From: a virus
IMG/VR virus record: IMGVR_UViG_3300035034_000924
Coordinates: 1-64,000 of that record
Strand: one strand, 5' to 3'
DNA length: 64,000 nucleotides
This document shows positions 46,560 through 54,791 of this stretch, in pieces. The translations under genes were made by a program, and so were the position numbers. The first letter of the stretch is position 1; each line of letters begins with the position of its first letter. The notes under the pieces are model-generated. The model saw nothing but the letters and a program-made list of their open reading frames with translations, was not told the DNA's origin and made no database searches.

Positions 46560-47417
46560 ATGGCCAAATTACCTGTACCAAAGTCCCGTAAAGTGGGTCA
46601 CCAGACGGCAGAAGTGGGTCACGAGACGACCGGGGGTGGGTCACCAAACGACCCCATAAAACATACTCATAATAACAAGCGGATAGTAACAAGCAGAAGG
46701 TTGCGTCCCGAAGAGGAACGCGACTCTGTGAAACTTGAGAATATCGAGGCTACACTTACTAGACGTTCGGAAGAACGGATCAGCAAAAAGCTGAAGTCTG
46801 CGAAAGGCAAAAAGTTCCCCTCCTACGATGAAGCACTTACGATGTGGCTAGTGGCTTACCGGGATGCTACTGATTGCATACCTACCACAGGCGTGACTAC
46901 CAAAGAGTGGGGTATGTTCCGCCAAGTTTCTATTAAACGACCTGACTTTGACGTCCGAGAATTCTTTGCAGACATTTGCAATAACTGGGACTACATCGGC
47001 ACCTCTACGCTGAAGTTTGTGGATGACTACCCAGAGCTGCCCTCGCTGTCTTTGGTATTCCGTATGTCGAATTACTTTGCAGAGGCAGTCGCAAGCTTAC
47101 GCGGGTTCAGCGGCAAGCAGGAGACGTTCAAGAAGCGCATGATTGAAGCCAGTACTAAGCAGCGGGTTAAGGAAAACGCCCCCACAGCCACCTCTGAGCG
47201 TCACAGAGGACTCTTTCTTGACACGGAGCTGTCTAATCTACAAGATACGAACTTCGCTCTAGGTGATTACTTACTAGCAGCGAAGAAGGACCACGCCGAC
47301 ATATACATCTGGGCCGGAATACAAACAGGATGGATTCGCACCATGGAAACTGTCCCCGCTTCCGAACTGGATAAAGACAGGCAACAGATTATAGATTTCA
47401 TTGAGGCAATAAAGTGA
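46560..47417 (+). CDS. putative replication protein containing iterons
   Basis: In frame directly after the TAG of the previous ORF; N-terminal linker encoded by three direct repeats. Confidence 0.6.
   Translation: MAKLPVPKSRKVGHQTAEVGHETTGGGSPNDPIKHTHNNKRIVTSRRLRPEEERDSVKLENIEATLTRRSEERISKKLKSAKGKKFPSYDEALTMWLVAYRDATDCIPTTGVTTKEWGMFRQVSIKRPDFDVREFFADICNNWDYIGTSTLKFVDDYPELPSLSLVFRMSNYFAEAVASLRGFSGKQETFKKRMIEASTKQRVKENAPTATSERHRGLFLDTELSNLQDTNFALGDYLLAAKKDHADIYIWAGIQTGWIRTMETVPASELDKDRQQIIDFIEAIK
46593..46680 (+). repeat. putative replication origin: 3 iterons plus an A-rich tract
   Basis: GTGGGTCAC(C/G)A(G/A)ACG at 46593, 46614 and 46636 (21-22 bp spacing), then CATAAAACATACTCATAATAACAA. 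Confidence 0.65.
46966..46981. repeat. dispersed palindrome, 2 mismatches
   Basis: TTGCAGACATTTGCAA. Confidence 0.6.
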
Positions 47418-48010
47418 GCGACGAAGACAAAATTATCACATCAATCGCAGAAGGCGCAGAGCGGGTCAACAGTGACCGCATCGCCAAGATGATGGATGAG
47501 TCTCATGTCGCTATCCACGCACAGAAAATGTCTTTGCCTGAAATAGGCATGGATGATCTTCGGGCTTACATCACTGCCAAAGGGTTCCATGAAAAAGATG
47601 TGATGCTGGCCACTAACTTTGGGTCTAAAGCAAAAGCAAGAGAACTGCGGTTGGCAATCCACGTTCTCGCAAAAGAATTGCTGCTTGCCAAACAGGCAGT
47701 TTACGTTACTAATTTGTCCGCCTTGATTGCTGCAGTAGGCAGAGCGAGTCAGTGGGACGAGGGAGTATGGCTTGACGAGTATTCACACATACTTGTTTGT
47801 AACTTTTTCAGCAAAGGTGCCGAGTCACCTATGAGCGCTTCGCAACGGCAACAAGTCACCGACTATCTTCTTGAAAGATATGACTCTGGGCTCCACACAC
47901 ATGTGCAAATTCTTGACTGCACAGAGACAGAGGTTCAGAAGATCCAAGATTGGTACGGCTCTGCGTTCTGGAAAATGTACAAAGGACACCAATCCATATT
48001 CTCCTACTAA
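47414..48010 (+). CDS. putative degenerate DnaC/IstB-like helicase loader
   Basis: Between initiator and helicase; AKELL....VY, LL.ERYD...T motifs; no intact Walker A. Confidence 0.45.
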   Translation: MSDEDKIITSIAEGAERVNSDRIAKMMDESHVAIHAQKMSLPEIGMDDLRAYITAKGFHEKDVMLATNFGSKAKARELRLAIHVLAKELLLAKQAVYVTNLSALIAAVGRASQWDEGVWLDEYSHILVCNFFSKGAESPMSASQRQQVTDYLLERYDSGLHTHVQILDCTETEVQKIQDWYGSAFWKMYKGHQSIFSY

Positions 48011-48022
48011 TCAGGAGATACA

Positions 48023-49297
48023 GTGAGCAAAGGCTTAGATTTTTTATCTGCTATTTGCATTAACGGCAATGCAAGTGAACTCAGAAGATTTGGTGAAGAG
48101 TATTACGTTGACGAAGACGAACTCACCGCATGGAGATACTGCCTAAGGCACGTTCAGCGATTCGGCGTCTTACCTACGCTGGAGACTTTGGAGGAAGAGA
48201 CAGGGGTAGCGTTCGCTTACTGCGAGGATTCCGTTGAGTACTACAGCCAAGAGGTACTGGACCGTAAATTCTACAACGATGCCCGCACTAACTATAACGA
48301 ACTCCGTGTAGCACTCAGCCACCAAGACGTAGACGCCAGTAGAACAGCAATCCAATCATTGGCTGCCGTATCCAGACAGACAGACCAAACCCGAGACCTA
48401 GTGTCGATCAGAGAAGCGGGCGCAATGGCGCTGGAACGCTACGACGTCAACCATAGAATCGACGGACTGATCGGGATACCGACAGGCTGGCACAGCCTAG
48501 ACCAAGACAGCTCAGGGTATCAGCCGGGCGACTTGAATCTCTGGGCGGCGAGACCGGGTGAAGGTAAAACATGGCTGTTAGTCAAACAGGCGCGGGCAGC
48601 GTACAGCGCAGGAGCAAACCTTGTGATGGCGACTATGGAGATGCCGATCAACGCCATGGCAGCTAGGTACTTCTCTCTGGCAGCAGGAGTTAACCCCACC
48701 CAACTCAGACGAGGCACTCTGTCCACTTACGATGAGCAGAGGCTGCGGGAGACCATACGAGAGTATGACCGTGACGAAAGGTTCTTTATGTATCAGGGCA
48801 ATATGGGTCAGGGGGTGGAAGGGCTAGAAGCTATCATCGCAGAGCGGAGACCCGACATAGTTTTTATTGACGGTGTCTACCTCATGCGATCCGGCAGGAC
48901 CAGAAACAACGCACAGAAAAACGATATAGTATCTGACGTCCTTGACGATCTTAAGCAGACTGCTTTGCACAGAAACACCTCGATTGTATGCACCAGCCAG
49001 TTCAACCGCGAGGCTGGGGCGAAAGGCAGGAGAGGCGGGCTAGAGACACTAGGCTTCACGGACGCATTCTCTCAGCACTGTTCTTTGATATACGCGATCA
49101 AGAACCCCACAGGCCGAATGGTGGACAGGCAAACTAAAATAATCGAAACCATAAAAGGTCGAGAGGGCGAAAGTGTTAGATGCGCCATTAACTACAAATT
49201 CAACCCCCTGCGTTTCGATGAGATACCACTGCACCTAATAGATACAGAAGACGCACAATCAGACGAACCCCTGAACCTCGATTGGATGAGAGACTAA
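48023..49297 (+). CDS. DnaB-like replicative helicase
   Basis: GIPTGW..LD...G.QPGDL...AARPG.GKT, TMEM, VFIDG.YLM, SQFNR, K.REG. Confidence 0.92.
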   Translation: MSKGLDFLSAICINGNASELRRFGEEYYVDEDELTAWRYCLRHVQRFGVLPTLETLEEETGVAFAYCEDSVEYYSQEVLDRKFYNDARTNYNELRVALSHQDVDASRTAIQSLAAVSRQTDQTRDLVSIREAGAMALERYDVNHRIDGLIGIPTGWHSLDQDSSGYQPGDLNLWAARPGEGKTWLLVKQARAAYSAGANLVMATMEMPINAMAARYFSLAAGVNPTQLRRGTLSTYDEQRLRETIREYDRDERFFMYQGNMGQGVEGLEAIIAERRPDIVFIDGVYLMRSGRTRNNAQKNDIVSDVLDDLKQTALHRNTSIVCTSQFNREAGAKGRRGGLETLGFTDAFSQHCSLIYAIKNPTGRMVDRQTKIIETIKGREGESVRCAINYKFNPLRFDEIPLHLIDTEDAQSDEPLNLDWMRD

Positions 49298-52200
49298 ATG
49301 GCCAAGCTGCCTAAATTTAGAGAAGAGTTCCCTTGTCTGGCATGTCCGCTAGGTGAGCAAGGCTGCGCCAAGATCAAGGCCAGCGGTTCCCGAAGAGCCA
49401 AGATCCTAGTCGTTACTCACGGGCCTCACGACGGAAACGCTGCCCACTACAAAGAGCATATGACCAGAGACGCTCTAGCGGTGTTCAAGAGAGCCATGCA
49501 CGAGAACGGTTTTACCGATTCAGACTTCGTGTTCGTATCTTCGGTACGGTGCTACTACGACAGAGACCTCAGGCCTACGAAAGAAAAGACGCACATAGCT
49601 GAGCAGTGCCGAGAATACTTGCTACGCACCATTGACCAGATGAAGCCAGACATAATTGTACCGTTAGGTGTCGAGGCGGCTAGGTCGGTTTACGGCAAAG
49701 CAAAAAAGATAACCAAGATACGCGGGGCAGTGGAATGGGATGCCGACTACAACGCGCACATATTCCCTATGATTGACCCGCAGATGGTATCCAACTATCC
49801 ACAGAACTGGGGGACATTCAAAGCAGACGCCAGAAGCTTGCGTAGGCTGATGGACAACGGTTTCAACGAAGCAGATGTTGCTAGGCAGGGTCTGGGCGAA
49901 TACGAAATAGTCGATGACCTACAATTCCTGATTGATAAAAACCCAGAAGTATTGGTGCTCGATACGGAGACCGAGGGCAAACGTTGGTCAGAGCGAGATA
50001 AACGGTTATTGACCATTCAGCTAACTGACGAGGCGGGCAAGGGGTATATGGTCGTGTGGGACCACCCAGAAGCACCCGCCAATAGGCAGACAAAGCGTAG
50101 GCTGAGAAGACAATTCAAAGAGCTACTCGAAAGGGAAGAACTCACCGTAGTCGGGCAGAACCTGAAGTACGACGCGCTTTGGATGTATACCAGAGTCGGG
50201 GTCCGGTTCCGAATAGGTGATGACACGCTCATGCTGGCAGCAATCCTAGATGAGAATAACCTGAACAAAGACCTATCCTCACTGACAAAAATGTTTGTGC
50301 CGGAGATGGCGGGCTACGATGATCTGTTCAACAGGACGTACGACAAGTCTAGGATGCAAGACGTACCGATAGCCGAGATACTGAACTATGGTTGCGGGGA
50401 CTCGGATGCTTGCAAACGTTTGCACGAATATTTCTGGGGACAGATAGAGACAGACCCGCAACTGGTTACGCACTATGACGAAGTATCTTTGCCGGGACTG
50501 AACGCGTTCGTCTCTACTGAGATGCGGGGGCTCAAGGTTAACTTAGCGGGGCTGGATGATCTTAGGACTACCTTGGCAGAGTATGTCGATGAGCTGGAAG
50601 AGAGCCTGCTCACACAAATACCTAGAAGAATAAAGCGTGACCACCTAGAAGCGGGCAAAGAGATAAAACTATCAAGGCCTGACCTACTAAGAGACATACT
50701 GTTCCATCATCCAGCAGGGTTTAACCTAAGACCCAGAGTGTTCACCAAGACCACGGCTAAGCTAGCGCCAGAACTGCAAGTACCTTCCACCAGTAGTAAA
50801 GACCACCTACCGTTTTTCTTTGACGATTGCCCGTTCACAGAAGAGCTGGCCGAGTACCAAAAACTTAGCAGGTTGCTGGGTACAAACATTGAGAAGTTTC
50901 AAGAGAACTACATGATCGGGGATATGGTTTACCCGTCCTATCAACTGCACGTCACGGTAACGGGGCGAACATCGTGCCTCAGAGAAGATCAGTTGGTGGA
51001 TACACGCCACGGTAAGAAGCGTGCAGACAACATTGAAGTAGGGGACGAAGTATTCACACACATGGGTAGGTTCCGCCCCGTTACAAAGCTGTTCCGAAAA
51101 CCAGTTACGCCTATGGTGGATGTAAGGTTTAGTAACGGGGAAGTCTTGCATGTCACACTAGATCATATTGTCTTGCTTAACTCTGGTGAGTTTGTTACCG
51201 TTAGGTCAATCATCCAGCAAGGGATAGACTATGCCCAGTGTCAGCAAGAAGCATATGCAGGACGAAGAGCTAGTTTTGCAGGTAGCAGAAACATACCGCA
51301 CATCTATGATGACTGTGCAGGAAGTAGCGGACAGGTATCATGTGAACCACGTAACAGCGCGAGCCATGATTCGGAAGCACATATCAGACGAGGACTTCAA
51401 GAAGTTCGCGCACTACAGATATCACGACAGCAAGCTGGGGAAAAAGAACCATCAGTTTGGCAATCAGCGGGCATCAGATTGCGAGGATGGCAGGGGCTAC
51501 CTTACGAGACTAGTAGAGGGCAAGAGATACTTTGTGCATCGGATAGTATTCGCGGGGGGTATGGGCATGAAGCCTCACGAATTGCCAGAGTCGATGATTG
51601 TACATCACATAGACGGGAACCCGAAGAACAACAGTCTCGACAACCTTGCACTGACAACGCGGAGGGGGTATTCGGGTATACACGACCGATACCTGTTTCC
51701 TTCCGAAGAGTTTCAATTGAGAGCATTGACTATTCGGGAAGCTATCGAGTTTATGACTTCGAGGTAGAGGAAGATCACTCGTATCTGGCGGGTGGCGTAT
51801 TCTCCCATAACTCACAAGACCCTAATGGCCAGAACTTCCCCAAACGTGGCAGGTTCGCTAAAGCGTACCGAAAGCTCTTTGTACCGAACGAAGGTTACTT
51901 CATGCTGGAGGCTGACTTGTCTCAGGCAGAGCTGCGTATATCCGCAGACATGTCGAACGACCAAGAGATGATACGCATCTACAATAGTCCGGGCGGGGAC
52001 ATCCACAAAACAACTGCCCTGATCGTAACAGGGCTATCGGCAGAGCAGTTTGCGCAACTTGATAGGACAGAACAATCACTGGCTAGGTTTAAAGCCAAGG
52101 CCGTGAACTTCGGGTTCATCTACGGTATGGGCTGGAGAAAGTTCATCACGTACGCGAAGACCCAATACGGCGTAGAGTTTACTGACAGAGAAGCGCAGCG

Positions 52201-52810
52201 GATACGGGACCAGTTCTTCCAGAGATACCCTGCACTAGTACGATGGCACAAAGCTATGCGTGAGTATGCAAGGACGCATGGTTATGTGCGGTCTTACAGC
52301 GGGCGAGTACGCCACCTACCTATGATCTACTCGCGGGAAGAGTACATCCGAAACGAAGCTGAGAGACAGGCAATCAATAGCCCCGTTCAGGAGTTCGCCT
52401 CGTCTATCGGGGTCATGGCGCTGAGTAACATTGACCAAGATGTAAACCCTGATTACCTAGCAATTACTGGTTTCGTGCACGATGCTATCTACGCCCTTGT
52501 CCCGTACCAATACGCGGAGTGGGGAGCGAAGACGCTCAAGCATTATATGGAGACTGTAGATATCGAAGGTATATTTAACCGCAGACTCAAAGTACCTATT
52601 CTGGCGGACGTATCTATCGGTTTGAATGGTGGTGAGCAATTCGAGATGGCGGGCCTAGATCTAGATACAGAATACAACTGGGAGTCTCAGCTTGAATATG
52701 AACCGGAAGATGGCTTCCCGTTCGAGATGACAGAGCAGCTGACCCCACCAGACGATGGCTTGATAGAGCTGCCTAGGCACTTAGTAAGACCATCGCTACT
52801 AGCCCCGTGA
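49298..52810 (+). CDS. DNA polymerase family A with N-terminal UDG family-4-like domain and an intein
   Basis: DTET and N.KYD exonuclease motifs; TGRTS|S..PN.QN.P; DLSQAELR; R..AKAVNFG.IYG; VHDA. Confidence 0.95.
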   Translation: MAKLPKFREEFPCLACPLGEQGCAKIKASGSRRAKILVVTHGPHDGNAAHYKEHMTRDALAVFKRAMHENGFTDSDFVFVSSVRCYYDRDLRPTKEKTHIAEQCREYLLRTIDQMKPDIIVPLGVEAARSVYGKAKKITKIRGAVEWDADYNAHIFPMIDPQMVSNYPQNWGTFKADARSLRRLMDNGFNEADVARQGLGEYEIVDDLQFLIDKNPEVLVLDTETEGKRWSERDKRLLTIQLTDEAGKGYMVVWDHPEAPANRQTKRRLRRQFKELLEREELTVVGQNLKYDALWMYTRVGVRFRIGDDTLMLAAILDENNLNKDLSSLTKMFVPEMAGYDDLFNRTYDKSRMQDVPIAEILNYGCGDSDACKRLHEYFWGQIETDPQLVTHYDEVSLPGLNAFVSTEMRGLKVNLAGLDDLRTTLAEYVDELEESLLTQIPRRIKRDHLEAGKEIKLSRPDLLRDILFHHPAGFNLRPRVFTKTTAKLAPELQVPSTSSKDHLPFFFDDCPFTEELAEYQKLSRLLGTNIEKFQENYMIGDMVYPSYQLHVTVTGRTSCLREDQLVDTRHGKKRADNIEVGDEVFTHMGRFRPVTKLFRKPVTPMVDVRFSNGEVLHVTLDHIVLLNSGEFVTVRSIIQQGIDYAQCQQEAYAGRRASFAGSRNIPHIYDDCAGSSGQVSCEPRNSASHDSEAHIRRGLQEVRALQISRQQAGEKEPSVWQSAGIRLRGWQGLPYETSRGQEILCASDSIRGGYGHEASRIARVDDCTSHRREPEEQQSRQPCTDNAEGVFGYTRPIPVSFRRVSIESIDYSGSYRVYDFEVEEDHSYLAGGVFSHNSQDPNGQNFPKRGRFAKAYRKLFVPNEGYFMLEADLSQAELRISADMSNDQEMIRIYNSPGGDIHKTTALIVTGLSAEQFAQLDRTEQSLARFKAKAVNFGFIYGMGWRKFITYAKTQYGVEFTDREAQRIRDQFFQRYPALVRWHKAMREYARTHGYVRSYSGRVRHLPMIYSREEYIRNEAERQAINSPVQEFASSIGVMALSNIDQDVNPDYLAITGFVHDAIYALVPYQYAEWGAKTLKHYMETVDIEGIFNRRLKVPILADVSIGLNGGEQFEMAGLDLDTEYNWESQLEYEPEDGFPFEMTEQLTPPDDGLIELPRHLVRPSLLAP
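50411..50424. repeat. dispersed palindrome, exact
   Basis: TGCAAACGTTTGCA. Confidence 0.9.
50975..51811 (+). mobile_element. intein (279 aa) in PolA
   Basis: Block A CLREDQLV, block B VTLDH, block F VYDFEV, block G SHN followed by Ser+1; splicing restores TGRTS-SQDPN. Confidence 0.92.
51231..51767 (+). CDS. HNH homing endonuclease overprinted inside the intein (+1 frame)
   Basis: N-terminal HTH, G.KN..FG, VHRIV, VHHIDGNPKNNSLDNL; AAGGGA RBS before the ATG. Confidence 0.85.
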   Translation: MPSVSKKHMQDEELVLQVAETYRTSMMTVQEVADRYHVNHVTARAMIRKHISDEDFKKFAHYRYHDSKLGKKNHQFGNQRASDCEDGRGYLTRLVEGKRYFVHRIVFAGGMGMKPHELPESMIVHHIDGNPKNNSLDNLALTTRRGYSGIHDRYLFPSEEFQLRALTIREAIEFMTSR

Positions 52811-52827
52811 GTATTTTTTAATAAGAG

Positions 52828-52856
52828 TAGACAATAAAAGCGTATAATAGTATTAT
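52828..52856 (+). promoter_or_regulatory. sigma70-like promoter
   Basis: TAGACA-17 nt-TATTAT in an AT-rich gap; also TATAAT at 52843. Confidence 0.6.
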
Positions 52857-52889
52857 AGCTGCACCAATAAACAATCGCAGGAAAGAAAC

Positions 52890-53384
52890 ATGGCTGAGAC
52901 AAGAAAACGACAGGTTGGCAGACGGGCAAGCAGATCTAGTGATCGAGAGGCCGTTACACCAAAAGGCAGTAAGCCTAGCTCTAGTTCCGCCAAGCGGGTA
53001 AAAGAACAACGGCTGGAAGAACTCGCCCGAGGCATCGACACTAGACTAGTGGAGATTGAGCTTCGTAACAAAGAGATGGCTGGCATGCACACCGAAGCCG
53101 CCGAACTGATGGCCGAACTTAAGCTTGAGAAGTTTGATGTGCCTAGGGTAGGCGAACACCTCTTCGTTAAGAAAAAAGCTTCAGACAAATCTACCATAGA
53201 TCCACGGGCTTACTACGGGAAGGTAGGTAAGGACGATTTCTATGCGTCCGTTTCGGTCACTAAGAAAAATGCCAAAGAGCACCTACCTGAAAAAGTCATC
53301 GACCAGATCAGCACCAAGGTAGTCGGTGAATGGACAGGACCCCATTATTCCTTCAAGGCGGCAGGCTCTAAAAAAGGTAAGTAG
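52890..53384 (+). CDS. hypothetical basic protein
   Basis: AGGA RBS; followed by a repeat and a terminator. Confidence 0.75.
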   Translation: MAETRKRQVGRRASRSSDREAVTPKGSKPSSSSAKRVKEQRLEELARGIDTRLVEIELRNKEMAGMHTEAAELMAELKLEKFDVPRVGEHLFVKKKASDKSTIDPRAYYGKVGKDDFYASVSVTKKNAKEHLPEKVIDQISTKVVGEWTGPHYSFKAAGSKKGK

Positions 53385-53402
53385 GTCACTAAACAACCCA
53401 CT
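53380..53402 (+). repeat. 23-bp direct repeat, copy 2 (iteron-like)
   Basis: Identical to 42170-42192. Confidence 0.9.
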
Positions 53403-53410
53403 GTTAACAG

Positions 53411-53441
53411 CGCCTCTGGTTCGATGGACTAGGGGCGTTTT
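53411..53441 (+). terminator. putative intrinsic terminator
   Basis: CGCCTCTGGTTC/GGACTAGGGGCG stem plus TTTT. Confidence 0.6.
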
Positions 53442-53460
53442 AGTCTTCGGAGTCAGATAG

Positions 53461-54438
53461 TTGGATGCCAAAGGAATAGAAGAGCTGCTAAAAGAAGCAG
53501 ACGCACAGGACATAAAAAAAGAAGGCCAATGGGTCATGTCTCGCTGCCCGTTCTCTCCGTATGAGAGGGCGCACAGGTTCCGCATGGAACGCAACAGATC
53601 CTTTGGTGTTTCGGTGCACGATAACGATGGCAAGTTCTCCGTGTACAACTGCTTCACTTGCAAGGCGCAGGGGACACTCAAGAACCTGTTCGAGAGATTG
53701 GCTTCATTGCAAGGCGAGGACTATGACGAAATCATAGAAGGCCTAGACGTTAGTGAGGAACTAGGCGGACCACTGGGTAAGTTCAAGGAAGCGGGTAAAA
53801 GGGTAGAGGAACAGGCACCAGAACCGATCAGCAAAATGCACGAGGACCTGTACGACCCTTGCCCAGAAGACCACCCGTACCTAGAGACACGCGGGATCAC
53901 TGCAGAGACATGCAAACGTTTGCAACTTAAGATTGACGAGTCAGACAAGGATGGCGACGAAAGAATACTGTTCCCTGTATGGGATGACCTCGGTAACTTT
54001 TTTGGGTACAGCGGCAGAGCAGTGCATGAAGACCACGTAGGGCCTAAAGTGCGGGACTACTTCGGGTTAGCAAAGAGAGCATGCTTACTGGGGTCACATC
54101 TACACGAGGGGGAGGGAGTTGTGTTATTGACCGAAGGCCTTCTCGACTACGCTAGGGGACAGGAACTAGGCTACTTTACGGTAGCCACGATGCACTCAGG
54201 CTTGACTGACTACCAAGCCAAGATACTGATAAGGATGAGCCTGCCCGTCTACGGTTTCCTAGACAACGATGCAGCGGGCAGGGAGGGTAATCTGATGGCG
54301 GCTAAAAAGATATCACCGCACCTACCCTTCATGGCGGTACGCTGGCCGAAAGGCATAGAAGATCTAGGAGACACAGCAATAACTGAACGCATGATCGACC
54401 GAATGGTGGACAAAGCACAAATTTACCGAATCCAATAG
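53461..54438 (+). CDS. DNA primase (Zn finger plus TOPRIM)
   Basis: CPF...H...CFTC, YL..RGI, FP......F.GYSGR, EG..D, DND.AG. Confidence 0.9.
   Translation: MDAKGIEELLKEADAQDIKKEGQWVMSRCPFSPYERAHRFRMERNRSFGVSVHDNDGKFSVYNCFTCKAQGTLKNLFERLASLQGEDYDEIIEGLDVSEELGGPLGKFKEAGKRVEEQAPEPISKMHEDLYDPCPEDHPYLETRGITAETCKRLQLKIDESDKDGDERILFPVWDDLGNFFGYSGRAVHEDHVGPKVRDYFGLAKRACLLGSHLHEGEGVVLLTEGLLDYARGQELGYFTVATMHSGLTDYQAKILIRMSLPVYGFLDNDAAGREGNLMAAKKISPHLPFMAVRWPKGIEDLGDTAITERMIDRMVDKAQIYRIQ
53911..53924. repeat. dispersed palindrome, exact
   Basis: TGCAAACGTTTGCA. Confidence 0.9.
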
Positions 54439-54449
54439 TAGGTGCTATA

Positions 54450-54791
54450 ATGAACGAGTTGATTACTCAACAAAAAGAAAGATCAAAATCACTGGCTCCG
54501 GCCATTGTTGATCTAATTGAAAAGGGAAAACCTGCCGCATTGGCACTCACAGCAGTACATGTGAAGAAAAGCAGATACCCGAAGCCAGTTATGTTTATAG
54601 TGCCCATGGACCACTTCGGTGGTTCTAGGAAAGAAGCTCTATTCGCCCTTCAAGGCGGGTTCAGCGAGGTACTAGATATGCACAACCCTGACCCGGTCAG
54701 GTTATGGAAAGTGGGACTGACAACCAACGCGGCCAAGGCCTTAATTAAAATGATCCGCGAAGTCGTGGATAGTAAAACGGAGATAGTTTAA
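54450..54791 (+). CDS. hypothetical protein
   Basis: ORF in the replication module. Confidence 0.65.
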   Translation: MNELITQQKERSKSLAPAIVDLIEKGKPAALALTAVHVKKSRYPKPVMFIVPMDHFGGSRKEALFALQGGFSEVLDMHNPDPVRLWKVGLTTNAAKALIKMIREVVDSKTEIV

